Source: an uncultured Alphaproteobacteria bacterium (lineage in GTDB: Bacteria > Pseudomonadota > Alphaproteobacteria > Rhizobiales > Xanthobacteraceae). From it: 64,000 nt of DNA. Location: positions 395,591 to 459,590 of the forward strand of contig CAWASS010000003.1 in assembly GCA_963784755.1 (NCBI GenBank), read 5' to 3'. A program made the position numbers and the translations under genes. The notes beneath the pieces are model-generated. The model saw only the letters and a list, made by a program, of their open reading frames with translations. It did no database searches and was not told where the DNA came from. Numbering within the stretch: the first letter of the stretch is position 1; every line of letters begins with the position of its first letter. This document shows positions 40,269 through 50,435 of the stretch, piece by piece.

Positions 40269-41270
40269 GTGAGCGAACATAAGCCTGACCGGGTCAGCGA
40301 TACCGGACCGACCGCTCCGAATCCGCCGGACGCAACGCCCGGCGAGCCGGCCCAGGATCCGGCAAAACAAGGCCCGGCAACAGAATCCATGAACATGGAA
40401 TCTCCGAAGATTGCGCCTGAGCGGGCCGAAGCTGACAAGGCGAAGGACGCGCCCGAGGCTGCCGCGCCGAAGGCCGACGCATCCAAGGCTGCCGCACCCA
40501 AGATCGACGTGAAGGCCGACGCGCCGACACCTCCCGGCAAGGTCATGGTCATGTCGCGCGATCACGCCTGGAATGGCGACAAGGCCGGTCCTGAAGCCGC
40601 ATCCGCGGACAGCAAGCCGGGTTTCTTCGGCAAGCGCCGGGTGGCTGCGCTCGCAGCGGTGATCGTCCTTGCGGCGGTGGCAGGTGCCATCGGCGGCGCG
40701 CTGGCAACCGCGGGTTTCGGGCGTTTTGCCGGCGCGGAGACCAAGGTGGCGAGCAACCGCGCGCTCGAGGATACGATTTCGCGGATCGACACCGAGGTCG
40801 CGGCGCTCCGCACCAGCCTCGAGCAGGCGTCGAAACACAGCGCTTCCCAGATCAGCAAGACCAGCGATCGCCTCGACAAGGTCGAGAAGGCGCAGGCCGA
40901 GCCGGCCGCGAAACTCGCCAAGCTCAGCGAGACCGTGGACAAGCTTCGCACCGCGTCGGCCACTGCACCGGCGCCGGTTGCCGCAGCCGCCGCGCCGAAG
41001 GAAACCACAGGCTCGATTCAAACCGCCAACGCAACCCCAGCGCCGGTGCCATTGCCCGCGCCGAAGCCGGAAGCAGCCCGGCTGCCGACGGTGGAAGGCT
41101 GGGTGCTGCGCGATGTCGGCAATGGCAGCGCCCTGATCGAAGGACGGCAGGGCATCTTTGAGGTCTATGCCGGCGATCCGATCCCGGGGCTTGGCCGCAT
41201 CGACGCCATCCGCAAGCAGGACGGCCGCTGGGTGGTCGTGACCAGCCGCGGCCTGATCGTCGGGCGCTGA
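40269..41270 (+). CDS. Hypothetical membrane protein (Pro/Ala-rich N-terminus, TM, coiled coil, C-terminal beta domain)
   Basis: GGAGA RBS then GTG; TM VAALAAVIVLAAVAGAIGGAL. Confidence 0.7.
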   Translation: MSEHKPDRVSDTGPTAPNPPDATPGEPAQDPAKQGPATESMNMESPKIAPERAEADKAKDAPEAAAPKADASKAAAPKIDVKADAPTPPGKVMVMSRDHAWNGDKAGPEAASADSKPGFFGKRRVAALAAVIVLAAVAGAIGGALATAGFGRFAGAETKVASNRALEDTISRIDTEVAALRTSLEQASKHSASQISKTSDRLDKVEKAQAEPAAKLAKLSETVDKLRTASATAPAPVAAAAAPKETTGSIQTANATPAPVPLPAPKPEAARLPTVEGWVLRDVGNGSALIEGRQGIFEVYAGDPIPGLGRIDAIRKQDGRWVVVTSRGLIVGR

Positions 41271-41295
41271 CTGCGTCATTTCCCGCAAACTACCC

Positions 41296-41385
41296 CATTC
41301 CGGGACGCGCCTCTTGGCGCGGGCAATCCAGCAACGGAACACAGCTCTGGATTCCGGGTTCGCGCTGCGCGCGCCCCGGAATGAC
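41296..41385. repeat. REP-like palindrome family B (degenerate)
   Basis: cattccgggacgcg...tggattccgggttcgcg...gccccggaatgac. Confidence 0.75.
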
Positions 41386-41440
41386 AGCAGCCCGCTTTTC
41401 GGCTATTTTCCCGGCGTTGCCCTTTAGGAAAAAGCCACGC

Positions 41441-42976
41441 GTGCGCTTCGCCTCGCTCTTAACTCTGCTGTTCGGCGTCATGGCATCGCACGCCGCGCAG
41501 GCCGCGACGCTGGAGCGCGGAACGGCGATCACCGATCCCTATGCCTTGCGCGAACTCGACCGGACCAGCTTCGCCCTAGGCCGCATGGTCAAACCCGCTC
41601 GCTCTGTCGATACGCCGATGGCCAACGACGAACTGTTCGCCCTGCCGTCGATGGCGCCGGTTCGCGCGGCGATCGACGCGGAATTCGATCGCTACATCGC
41701 GAAACACAAGGCCAGTCACGTCAATGAGACCATCGGCGTCGGGCCGTCATTCGATGTTCAACTGTTCGATCGTGCGCTGCTCTATTCCGCCCAGACGCGC
41801 TTTGTGCTGGCGGGTATCGTCAACCGCATGGACCGCGCCTACGTCGCACCCGAAAGCTGCGGTGAAATCAGGCTGATCTACCGCCTTGCGCGCACTGGCA
41901 CACTAGAAACAAACGCGGGCGCAACCTCGCCGCGGCTGCCGATGACGTTGAACATCGTGCTGAAAGCCAGGGGCGACGGCGCAGCGATCGCTTGTTCGGA
42001 CATCGCGCGGCGATGGCTCGATACCGCCGATTTGCAACTCACCGGCGCCGATCTCGCGATCAAATTGCTGTCGCAAGACGGGCCGCTGAAGCTGATCGGA
42101 ACCGAGAACATCGATCGCATCGAAACCAATCTTCAGATCGCGCACGCGCCGAAATCGAAGGTCCGGGATTTCCGTACCGACTACCTGCTCAAGGTGTTCC
42201 GTTCCAACGCGCAGTCGCGCGCCTTTGAGGAGGCGCCGCTCGAAAACCAGATCGACCGCGCGCGGATTTTCGCCGACGAGAAACTCAAGCGCGAATTCAG
42301 GAACTGGCTGCTGGAGCCCGCGCATATCGGCGAGCTGGATCGCGGCACCATCCTGATCCCCGAAAAATTTCTGGCCACCGGCGCGGTGGCCGCGACTCCC
42401 GTCGGTTTTGCGCCGTCGAACCTGCTGCCCGCATTCGGCTTCGTGGAACCCGGTGGCTACGGCAACGCGGTCTTCAATGACAGCGACGTCGTCACGGCGC
42501 TGAAAAAAGCCGCCGGCAGCGGTGTCGTTTTCGAAAACATCCGCTCGGTCGCCGGCTTCGAGCGCCGGCTCAACGACGTGACTTGCTCGGGCTGTCACCA
42601 GACCCGCGGCATCGGCGGCTTCCATTTTCCCGGCGTCGACTGGATGGCGGCCAAGCCTTCCAATTCGACGGTCGTTCCGGCGTCGCCGCATTTCTTCGGC
42701 GACCAGATCCGCCGCCGCGATATCTTGACCGCGATCCGCGACGGCACGTTGCCGGACTACTCCCGCGGATTTTCCAGCCGGGCGCAATTGCGCGGCAGCA
42801 CCGAACTCGCCGGCACCGAATATGGCGATGGCTGGGGCGCGCATTGTTACCAGCAAAAGCCGAAAACCGCCGACAATGATGCGAGTTTCCGTTCCTGGAC
42901 CTGCGCGGAAGGACTGGCCTGTCAGCCCATCGGCACTGCCTCGCGGATGGGGATGTGTTTTGTGAAAAGCCGCTGA
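41441..42976 (+). CDS. Hypothetical secreted protein with a single CxxCH motif
   Basis: Signal peptide ending AQA; CSGCH; Cys-rich C-terminus. Confidence 0.75.
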   Translation: MRFASLLTLLFGVMASHAAQAATLERGTAITDPYALRELDRTSFALGRMVKPARSVDTPMANDELFALPSMAPVRAAIDAEFDRYIAKHKASHVNETIGVGPSFDVQLFDRALLYSAQTRFVLAGIVNRMDRAYVAPESCGEIRLIYRLARTGTLETNAGATSPRLPMTLNIVLKARGDGAAIACSDIARRWLDTADLQLTGADLAIKLLSQDGPLKLIGTENIDRIETNLQIAHAPKSKVRDFRTDYLLKVFRSNAQSRAFEEAPLENQIDRARIFADEKLKREFRNWLLEPAHIGELDRGTILIPEKFLATGAVAATPVGFAPSNLLPAFGFVEPGGYGNAVFNDSDVVTALKKAAGSGVVFENIRSVAGFERRLNDVTCSGCHQTRGIGGFHFPGVDWMAAKPSNSTVVPASPHFFGDQIRRRDILTAIRDGTLPDYSRGFSSRAQLRGSTELAGTEYGDGWGAHCYQQKPKTADNDASFRSWTCAEGLACQPIGTASRMGMCFVKSR

Positions 42977-43075
42977 GGAATCGCCGGGAAAGCTGCATCC
43001 GCTGAGATTGACAGTGGTCTCACTAATCGTGTTTCATCCGGGCAATCGCCTGTTAAAGGCGAGCCGGGAGTGGAC

Positions 43076-44311
43076 ATGGACGACATCATTATCGTCGGCG
43101 CCGGCGTCGGCGGATTGACCCTCGGGCTCGCGCTGCATGCCGCCGGCATTCCCTGCCGGGTTTTCGAGTCCGCCGCCGAAATCAAGCCTGTTGGCGTCGG
43201 CATCAACCTGCTGCCCCATGCGACCAAGGAGCTTGCCGCGCTCGGGCTGGAGCAGGCGCTGGCGCGGGCCGCAATCGCGACCCACGATGCCACCTTCTTC
43301 AACCGATTCGGCCAGTTGATCTATCAGGAGCCGCTGGGGCGCGCGGCGGGTTACGATCATCCGCAATTCTCGATCCATCGCGGCGATCTGCAGATGGTGC
43401 TGCTGGATGCCTTCCTGACGCGCGCCGGCCATGATCGTCTTCTCACCAGCCATCATTGCACCGGTGTCGAGCAGGACGCTGGCGGCGTGAGCGTGCATTT
43501 TTCCGATGGGCCGGCGGGCGTCCATCGCGCCACCGTGCGCGGCCGCGCTGTGGTTGCCTGCGACGGTATCCACTCCGCGATCCGCAAGCAGTTTTATCCT
43601 GACGAAGGCGAGCCGCGTTACTCCGGCGTCAACATGTGGCGCGGCGTGACGCGCTGGAAGCCGATGCTGTCAGGCGCCAGCATGGTGCGGGCGGGATGGC
43701 TGTCGCACGGCAAGATGGTGATCTATCCGATCCGTCATGCCGATGCCGGCGGCTTGCAGCTTATCAACTGGGTCGCCGAAATCGAGACGCCGAATTATCG
43801 CAAGCGCGACTGGAACCGTCCGGGCTCGATCGACGATTTCATCGGTCCGTTTGCCGACTGGCATTTCGACTGGCTCGATGTTCCCGCCTTCATTCGCGCC
43901 GCCGACAGCGTGCTGGAATTTCCGATGGTCGATCAGGACCCGCTGCCGCGCTGGAGTTTTGGGTTGATAACGCTGCTCGGCGACGCCGCGCATCCGATGG
44001 TGCCGCGCGGTTCCAACGGCGCCGGGCAAGCCATCCTCGACGCGCGCGCGCTGACCACGGCGCTGAAACCAGGCGGCGACCCGGCCGCGGCGCTCGCGGC
44101 TTACGAGAAGCAGCGGCTCGAAGCCACCACGCGGATCGTGCTGACCAACCGCAGCAATCCGCCCGATGCGATCCTGCGCGAAGTGTTCGAGCGCACCGGC
44201 GACCGGCCGTTCCAGGCAATCGACGATGTCATCAGCCGCGACGAGTTGGCTGCGTTATCCGAGAGCTACAAGCGGATTGCCGGTTATTCGAAGGAAGCTT
44301 TGCGAACTTGA
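43076..44311 (+). CDS. Flavin-dependent monooxygenase (UbiH/salicylate hydroxylase-like)
   Basis: IVGAGVGG, ACDGIHS and TLLGDAAHPM motifs. Confidence 0.9.
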   Translation: MDDIIIVGAGVGGLTLGLALHAAGIPCRVFESAAEIKPVGVGINLLPHATKELAALGLEQALARAAIATHDATFFNRFGQLIYQEPLGRAAGYDHPQFSIHRGDLQMVLLDAFLTRAGHDRLLTSHHCTGVEQDAGGVSVHFSDGPAGVHRATVRGRAVVACDGIHSAIRKQFYPDEGEPRYSGVNMWRGVTRWKPMLSGASMVRAGWLSHGKMVIYPIRHADAGGLQLINWVAEIETPNYRKRDWNRPGSIDDFIGPFADWHFDWLDVPAFIRAADSVLEFPMVDQDPLPRWSFGLITLLGDAAHPMVPRGSNGAGQAILDARALTTALKPGGDPAAALAAYEKQRLEATTRIVLTNRSNPPDAILREVFERTGDRPFQAIDDVISRDELAALSESYKRIAGYSKEALRT

Positions 44312-44356
44312 TGCGTGCAACGGCGCGCGGCTGACGTTTCAGGGGAGAGGAAGACG

Positions 44357-45769
44357 ATGGCGATGTCTCAGATGCAGGCCGGCGGCACGCCGGTCGATGT
44401 CGCGGAATTCATCGACCGGCAGCCGGTCGGCGGCTTTCAGATCGGGTTGCTGCTGACCTGCGCCGCGGTGTTGTTTCTCGACGGTTTCGACACCCAGGCC
44501 ATCGGCTATGTCGCGCCGGCGCTGGCGAAAGAGTGGGGCCTGACCAAGGCCGCGCTCGGCCCGGTGTTCAGCGCCGGCCTGTTCGGCCTGATGATCGGCG
44601 CGCTGGTGTTCGGCCCGCTGGCGGACCGCGTCGGGCGCAAGAAAATCATCATTTTCTCCACCCTAGCGTTCGGCATCGGCACGCTGGCGACCGCGTTCAT
44701 CCAGGACGTCAACACGCTGCTTGCGATCCGGTTTCTGACCGGTCTTGGCCTTGGCGGTGCGATGCCGAATGCGGTTGCGATGACATCCGAGTTCAGTCCG
44801 CACCGCCGCCGCGCCACCATGGTGATGATCATGTTCTGCGGCTTCTCGGTGGGTGCAGCACTCGGCGGCCTGCTCGCAGCCGCGCTGATCCCGCAATTCG
44901 GTTGGCGTTCGGTGTTTGTGGTCGGCGGTATCGCCCCGCTGCTGCTGGTCCCGATCCTGGCGCTGCGGTTGCCGGAATCGGTGCGCTTTCTCGCGCTCAC
45001 AGGGCGCGCGCCCGAGCGCGTTGCGGAACTGCTGGCGCGCATCAATCCGGACGCGGCGTTCGCTCCGGGAACGCAGTTCGTCGTGCATGAACCGCATCTT
45101 GCCGGCCTCCCGGTGCTGCATCTGTTTCGCGACGGCCGCACGCTGGCGACGCTGCTGCTGTGGGTGGTGTTCTTCATGAGCCTGCTCGACCTCTATTTCC
45201 TGTCGAACTGGCTGCCGACCGTGCTCAACGATCTCGGCGCTTCGATCTCGGCCGCGGCGGCAATCGGATCGATGTTGCAGGTCGGTGGCGTGGTCGGAAC
45301 CTTTGCGCTGGGCAGCGTGATCGACCGGTTTTCGTTCCGCGCGCTGGCGCTGGTCTATTTCATCGCCGTGTTCGCGGTCGGCGCGATCGGCCAGCTCGGC
45401 CACTCCGTGGTTTTCGTCACCATGGCGATCTTCGCCGCGGGCTTCTGCATCGTCGGTGGCCAGATCGCCGCCAACGCGCTGGCGGCGACGTTTTACCCGA
45501 CCTCGATCCGGTCGACCGGGGTTGGCTGGGCGCTCGGCATCGGCCGCGTCGGATCGATTGTGGGGCCCTTGGTCGGCGGCGCCCTATTGACCATGAAATG
45601 GAGCACCGGGTCGGTGTTCATGGCGGCCGCGAGCGCGGCGCTTTGCGCGGCGCTGGCGGCCTTCTCGCTGAGCCGGGTCGCGGCCATCCGGGGCGGCGGC
45701 AAGGACGCTGCCGATCGTTCAACATCGATCAAGGCCGGCCTCCAGCCGGCAACACGCGCCGGCGCCTGA
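44357..45769 (+). CDS. MFS aromatic acid:H+ symporter (PcaK/BenK-like)
   Basis: LDGFDTQAIG, GPLADRVGRK, RFLTGLGLGG, LPES, YPTSIRSTG. Confidence 0.9.
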   Translation: MAMSQMQAGGTPVDVAEFIDRQPVGGFQIGLLLTCAAVLFLDGFDTQAIGYVAPALAKEWGLTKAALGPVFSAGLFGLMIGALVFGPLADRVGRKKIIIFSTLAFGIGTLATAFIQDVNTLLAIRFLTGLGLGGAMPNAVAMTSEFSPHRRRATMVMIMFCGFSVGAALGGLLAAALIPQFGWRSVFVVGGIAPLLLVPILALRLPESVRFLALTGRAPERVAELLARINPDAAFAPGTQFVVHEPHLAGLPVLHLFRDGRTLATLLLWVVFFMSLLDLYFLSNWLPTVLNDLGASISAAAAIGSMLQVGGVVGTFALGSVIDRFSFRALALVYFIAVFAVGAIGQLGHSVVFVTMAIFAAGFCIVGGQIAANALAATFYPTSIRSTGVGWALGIGRVGSIVGPLVGGALLTMKWSTGSVFMAAASAALCAALAAFSLSRVAAIRGGGKDAADRSTSIKAGLQPATRAGA

Positions 45770-45844
45770 ATCGAATCCGCGGCGCTGGCAGTCCGCCGCG
45801 ATTGGGCGTATGAATCCGTTGCAGCGAAGCGGCGGGGGATCGGC

Positions 45845-46012
45845 GTGAGCAACTCCGAAAGCGAGAACAAACAGCGTGATCGCAAGATCGCTCAGAACGA
45901 AGCCAGCCGGGAGGCCGTCAGCGCCCTCCGCGTCAGTTCATGGGCTGTTGGTGCCGCGGTGATTGCCGGCCTTATCGTGTTTGGCATCGTCTGGGCATGG
46001 ATGCATCGCTGA
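45845..46012 (+). CDS. 55-aa single-TM small protein (not in ORF track)
   Basis: GTG...TGA, MSNSESENKQRDRKIAQNEASREAVSALRVSSWAVGAAVIAGLIVFGIVWAWMHR; GGGGA upstream. Confidence 0.6.
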   Translation: MSNSESENKQRDRKIAQNEASREAVSALRVSSWAVGAAVIAGLIVFGIVWAWMHR

Positions 46013-46017
46013 AGACA

Positions 46018-47223
46018 TCAAGCCACGGCGCCTGCCGTCCGTAACTGGTTGATCGCCGCCTCATCGTATCCGGCTTCACGCAGCACCTCGTCGCTGTGCT
46101 CGCCGATATCGGGCGGATGACGCGGTGGCTTCTTGGTGCTGCCATCGACCCAGATCGGGCTGTTGATGGTCAGCAACTCGCCGCCTTCGAACGGCACCAG
46201 CACGTCGTTGTCCAGCATCTGCCGGTCGCCCGGAATGTCGTCGAGGATACCGACCACGCCGAACACGAGGCCGTTGCCGTCGAGAATCTTGCGCCATTCG
46301 GCGAGGTCCTTGCCGGCAAAAATCTCGTCGAAGATTTTTATCAATTCCAGCGAGCGCGCGTGACGATCGGCCTTGGTGGCAAACCGCGGATCGCTGACGA
46401 ATTCCTCGTGGCCGATGCAGCGGGCCAGCGCCGGCCATTGCCGCTCCTCGTTGAGCAGCGACAGAATGAGCCAGCGGCCGTCGCGGCATTTGTAATGATT
46501 GGTGACGGCGTTCAGCGCGCGTTCGCGCGGCCGCCGCTCCTGGAATTTCGCGCCGCATAACTTGGCCTGCGCGAGCACGCCGCTGGCCCAGATGCCGTTG
46601 GCCATCAGGTTCGAGCTCACGTGAGAGCCCTTGCCGGTGCGCTCGCGCCTGTAGAGCGCGGTGACGATCGCGCCGTACAGCGCCATCGCGCAAGGGTGGT
46701 CGCCCATCCCGGCGACCGAGCGCGCCGGCGTGGTGTCGAGGTCAGCGCGCACCAGATCCATCAGGCCGGAGCGGGCCCAATAGGCATTGCTGTCGAAGCC
46801 GGGCTTGTTGGCTTCCTCGCCCTTTTCGCCGTAGCCGGTGAAGGAGGCATAGATCAGCCGGTCGTTGAGGGGCTTGAGTTCTTCGTAGGTGATGCCAAGC
46901 CGCGCCCGCACCATCGGCGGAAAATTGGTGATGAAGACGTCGGCGCTGCCAGCGAGGCGGCGCAGCACTGCTTGTCCTTCCGGTTTGCCGAGGTCGAGCG
47001 CGAGACTCTTCTTGTTGCGGGATTCCAGCATCCACGCGTAATTATGCGGGCTGACCGGATAGCCCGGGAGGTTCGGCAGGCTGCGGTAGGGATCGCCCGA
47101 TCCCGGCGGCTCGATCTTGACCACGTCGGCGCCGAAATCCGACAGCACCGTGGCGGCCGCGGGGGCTGCGATGAAACTCGCGCAGTCCAGAACCTTGAGG
47201 CCTTCGAAGATGCCGTTATCCAT
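46018..47223 (-). CDS. CaiB/BaiF family III CoA-transferase
   Basis: LKVLDCASFIAAP, DVVKIEPP, NKKSLALDL, DVFITNF. Confidence 0.9.
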   Translation of the reverse strand: MDNGIFEGLKVLDCASFIAAPAAATVLSDFGADVVKIEPPGSGDPYRSLPNLPGYPVSPHNYAWMLESRNKKSLALDLGKPEGQAVLRRLAGSADVFITNFPPMVRARLGITYEELKPLNDRLIYASFTGYGEKGEEANKPGFDSNAYWARSGLMDLVRADLDTTPARSVAGMGDHPCAMALYGAIVTALYRRERTGKGSHVSSNLMANGIWASGVLAQAKLCGAKFQERRPRERALNAVTNHYKCRDGRWLILSLLNEERQWPALARCIGHEEFVSDPRFATKADRHARSLELIKIFDEIFAGKDLAEWRKILDGNGLVFGVVGILDDIPGDRQMLDNDVLVPFEGGELLTINSPIWVDGSTKKPPRHPPDIGEHSDEVLREAGYDEAAINQLRTAGAVA

Positions 47224-47325
47224 GATCGCTCCCGTGACGTCTGTTGGTTTTCCAAACCGCCATTTGATCGATGTTTTAGGGCGATGCAACGGGAACCGCG
47301 CGCGCGGCGGTCCACAAAGCACAGC

Positions 47326-47417
47326 CGTCATACGCGGGCTTGACCCGCGTATCCATCCTTCTTCATGAAGAACGTTCTTCGAAGATGATGGATTGCGGGT
47401 CAAGCCCGGCGATGACG
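47326..47417. repeat. REP-like palindrome family E
   Basis: cgtcatacgcgggcttgacccgcgtatccatc...gatggattgcgggtcaagcccggcgatgacg. Confidence 0.8.
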
Positions 47418-47438
47418 CGGCGAAATCTGGGCCGATGT

Positions 47439-50435
47439 CTACCCGCTCTCCGCCATCAGCGCGGCGTTGCCGCCTGCCGCCGCCGTGTTGACGGTCACGG
47501 TCTGCTCGGTCGCGAAGCGCGCCAGATAATGCGGCCCGCCGGCTTTGGGGCCGGTGCCCGACAGCCCATGGCCGCCGAACGGCTGCACGCCGACCACGGC
47601 GCCGATCATGTTGCGGTTGACGTAGACATTGCCGACCTGGAGCCGTTCGATCACGGCGTCGACGGTGTCGTCGATGCGGGAGTGGATACCGAGGGTGAGC
47701 CCGTAGCCGCTGCGCTCGATCGATTGCAGCACGCGGTCGAGATGGTCGGCGCGATAGCGCACTACATGCAGGATCGGACCGAACACCTCCTCGGTCAGTT
47801 GCCCGGCGCCGGACAATTCGAAGATGTGAGGCGCGACATAGTTGCCCTCGGGAGCGGCGCCCTGGAAATGCAGGCGGGCCTCCTTTTTCATGCGCGCGAT
47901 ATGCGCTTCGAGCTTTTGCCTGGCCTCGGCGTCGATCACCGGCCCGATATGCGTGGCGGGATCGCTGACATCGCCGATGTTCAATTCGCGCGCCGCGCCC
48001 GCGATCACCTCGATCATGCGGTCGGCAACGTCGTCCTGCACGAACAGCAGCCGCAGCGCCGAGCAGCGTTGTCCTGCAGAGCGGAACGCCGACATCACCA
48101 CATCGTCGGCGACCTGCTCCGGCAATGCGGTGGCGTCGACGATCATCACATTGATGCCGCCGGTTTCCGCGATCAGCGGCACGATCGGGCCGTCCTTGGC
48201 GGCGAGCGTCCGATTGATCGAGCGCGCCACCTCGGTCGAGCCGGTGAAGACCACGCCGGCAATATCGCGATGCGCAACCAGGGCCGCGCCGATGCTGCCG
48301 TCGCCCGGCACGAGCTGCAGCGCGGACGCGGGCACGCCGGCTTCATGCAGCAGGCGCACGGCCTCCGCCGCAACGAGGGGTGTTTGCTCCGCCGGCTTGG
48401 CGACGACGGCATTGCCCGCCATCAATGCCGCGGTGACCTGGCCTGAAAAAATCGCCAGTGGAAAATTCCATGGCGAAATGGCGATGAAAACGCCGCGGCC
48501 GCGCAGCCGAAGCACGTTGCTCTCGCCGGTCGGGCCGGGCATGACCCGCCCGTCGCCAAAAAGCTTGCGGCCTTCTGCAGCGTAATAGCGGCAGAAATCG
48601 ATCGCCTCGCGAACTTCGGAGAGCGAATCGTCGAGCGTCTTTTTGCCCTCGCGTTGCAGCAGCGCGATGAAATGTGCCATGCGCTGCTGCAGCAGATCGG
48701 CGGCGCGTTCCAGAATGCGCGCGCGCGTCTGTGCAGGGGTCTGGCTCCATGATCGGAAACCGGCGAGCGCTGCGACTACCGCATCGCTTGCGGTGGCCGT
48801 AGTCGCATCAGTTACGTTTTCGATCGGCGGGCGATCGGCCGCAACCGCGGCGACCAGGCTGTCGAGCGCAGCGCTACTCCCGAACTCGATGCCGCGCGAA
48901 TTGATCCGGTCCGGCTGATAGAGGTCGTGCGGCAGGGGAATGTTTGGATGCCGCGCATTGTCGGGGGTGCCGATGATCTCCGCGGGGCGCCGCAGCAGCC
49001 TTTCAACCGGCACCGAATCGTCGGCGGCAACCGCCACGAAGGACGAGCTGGCGCCATTCTCCAGCAGACGCCGCACCAGATAAGCCAGGAGATCGCGGTG
49101 GCTGCCGACCGGCGCGTAGGTTCGCCAGGCCAGCTCCGGATGATCTTCTCCGAGTTGGGCATACAACGCGTCGCCCATGCCGTGCAGGCGCTGGAACTCG
49201 AAACCACCGCCATCCGCGAGTTCCAGAACGGTCGCGACGGTCAGCGCGTTATGGGTGGCAAATTGCGGAAAGATGCGCGGCCTCAAGCCCAGCAGCCTGC
49301 GCGCGCAGACGATGTAATTCAGATCGGTCATCGCCTTGCGGGTGAACACCGGGTAATCGTCGAGACCGCGCTGCTGCGCGCGCTTGATCTCGGTGTCCCA
49401 ATAGGCACCCTTGACCAGACGCACCATCATGCGCCGGTTCAGGCTGCGCGCGAGGTCGTCGGCGTAGCCGATCACGTCTTCCGCGCGTTTCTGGTAAGCC
49501 TGGATCGCGAGGCCGAATCCGTCCCAGCCTTTCAGCGACGCGTCGCTGAAGACAGCCGAGATCACGTCGAGCGACAATTCGAGCCGGTCGGCTTCCTCGG
49601 CATCGACGGTGAAATTCAGATCGTGGATTTTCGCCTGCCGCGCGAGGCCGGTCAGCAGCGGAACCAGCTCCGTCATCACCCGCCGATGACCGACAGCCTC
49701 AAAGCTCGGATGCAGCGCCGACAGTTTCACGGAAATGCCGGGCCGGTCGGGCAGCGGCCGATCGCCCGCGGCACGGCCGATGGCGTCGATCGCGCTGGCG
49801 TAGGATTTGAGGTAACGCTGCGCATCGCCCGAGGTGCGCGCGCCTTCGCCCAGCATATCGAAGGAGTAACGCGGGATGCGGGCGGAATGCGATTGCGTCC
49901 GTTCAAGTGCTGCTTCGATGGTCTCGCCGAGCACGAAGTGGCTGCCCATCAGTCGCATCGCCTGCCGCGTGGCGGCGCGCACCGCGGGAACGCCGAGGCG
50001 TTTGGTCAAGCGGCCGATGGTGCCCTGCGGCGTCTCGCCGGGCTGAATCACCCGCGCCGACATACCGAGCGCCCACGCCGACGCGTTGACCAGGAAGGCG
50101 CTGGACTTCGTCTCGTGATGCACGAAGTCGCCCTGGCCGAGCTTGTCCTCGATGAATTGATCGGCGGTGCGCGCGTCCGGCACGCGCAGCAGGGCTTCGG
50201 CCAACACCATCAAGGCGAGGCCCTCTTTGGTGGAGAGCGCGAATTCGCGCAGCATATCCTCGACACCCCCGAGCCGGCCGTCGGCAGCGCGGATCGCCGC
50301 GATCAACCGGGTCGCATTCCCATCGATTTGCGCGTCCTGCTCCGGCCTGAGCCGCGCCGATGCGAGCAGCCGCGCGGCGAGGGCAGTGTCGTCCGGCGCA
50401 TAGGGCGCTTCGAAGGGCGGAGGAGATGTTTCCAT
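47439..50435 (-). CDS. putA: Bifunctional proline dehydrogenase / L-glutamate gamma-semialdehyde dehydrogenase (short PutA, ~998 aa)
   Basis: SFDMLGE, ISVKLSAL, RLVKGAYWD, FATHN, ISPWNFP, ETGG, SAGQRCS, EEVFGP. Confidence 0.95.
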   Translation of the reverse strand: METSPPPFEAPYAPDDTALAARLLASARLRPEQDAQIDGNATRLIAAIRAADGRLGGVEDMLREFALSTKEGLALMVLAEALLRVPDARTADQFIEDKLGQGDFVHHETKSSAFLVNASAWALGMSARVIQPGETPQGTIGRLTKRLGVPAVRAATRQAMRLMGSHFVLGETIEAALERTQSHSARIPRYSFDMLGEGARTSGDAQRYLKSYASAIDAIGRAAGDRPLPDRPGISVKLSALHPSFEAVGHRRVMTELVPLLTGLARQAKIHDLNFTVDAEEADRLELSLDVISAVFSDASLKGWDGFGLAIQAYQKRAEDVIGYADDLARSLNRRMMVRLVKGAYWDTEIKRAQQRGLDDYPVFTRKAMTDLNYIVCARRLLGLRPRIFPQFATHNALTVATVLELADGGGFEFQRLHGMGDALYAQLGEDHPELAWRTYAPVGSHRDLLAYLVRRLLENGASSSFVAVAADDSVPVERLLRRPAEIIGTPDNARHPNIPLPHDLYQPDRINSRGIEFGSSAALDSLVAAVAADRPPIENVTDATTATASDAVVAALAGFRSWSQTPAQTRARILERAADLLQQRMAHFIALLQREGKKTLDDSLSEVREAIDFCRYYAAEGRKLFGDGRVMPGPTGESNVLRLRGRGVFIAISPWNFPLAIFSGQVTAALMAGNAVVAKPAEQTPLVAAEAVRLLHEAGVPASALQLVPGDGSIGAALVAHRDIAGVVFTGSTEVARSINRTLAAKDGPIVPLIAETGGINVMIVDATALPEQVADDVVMSAFRSAGQRCSALRLLFVQDDVADRMIEVIAGAARELNIGDVSDPATHIGPVIDAEARQKLEAHIARMKKEARLHFQGAAPEGNYVAPHIFELSGAGQLTEEVFGPILHVVRYRADHLDRVLQSIERSGYGLTLGIHSRIDDTVDAVIERLQVGNVYVNRNMIGAVVGVQPFGGHGLSGTGPKAGGPHYLARFATEQTVTVNTAAAGGNAALMAESG

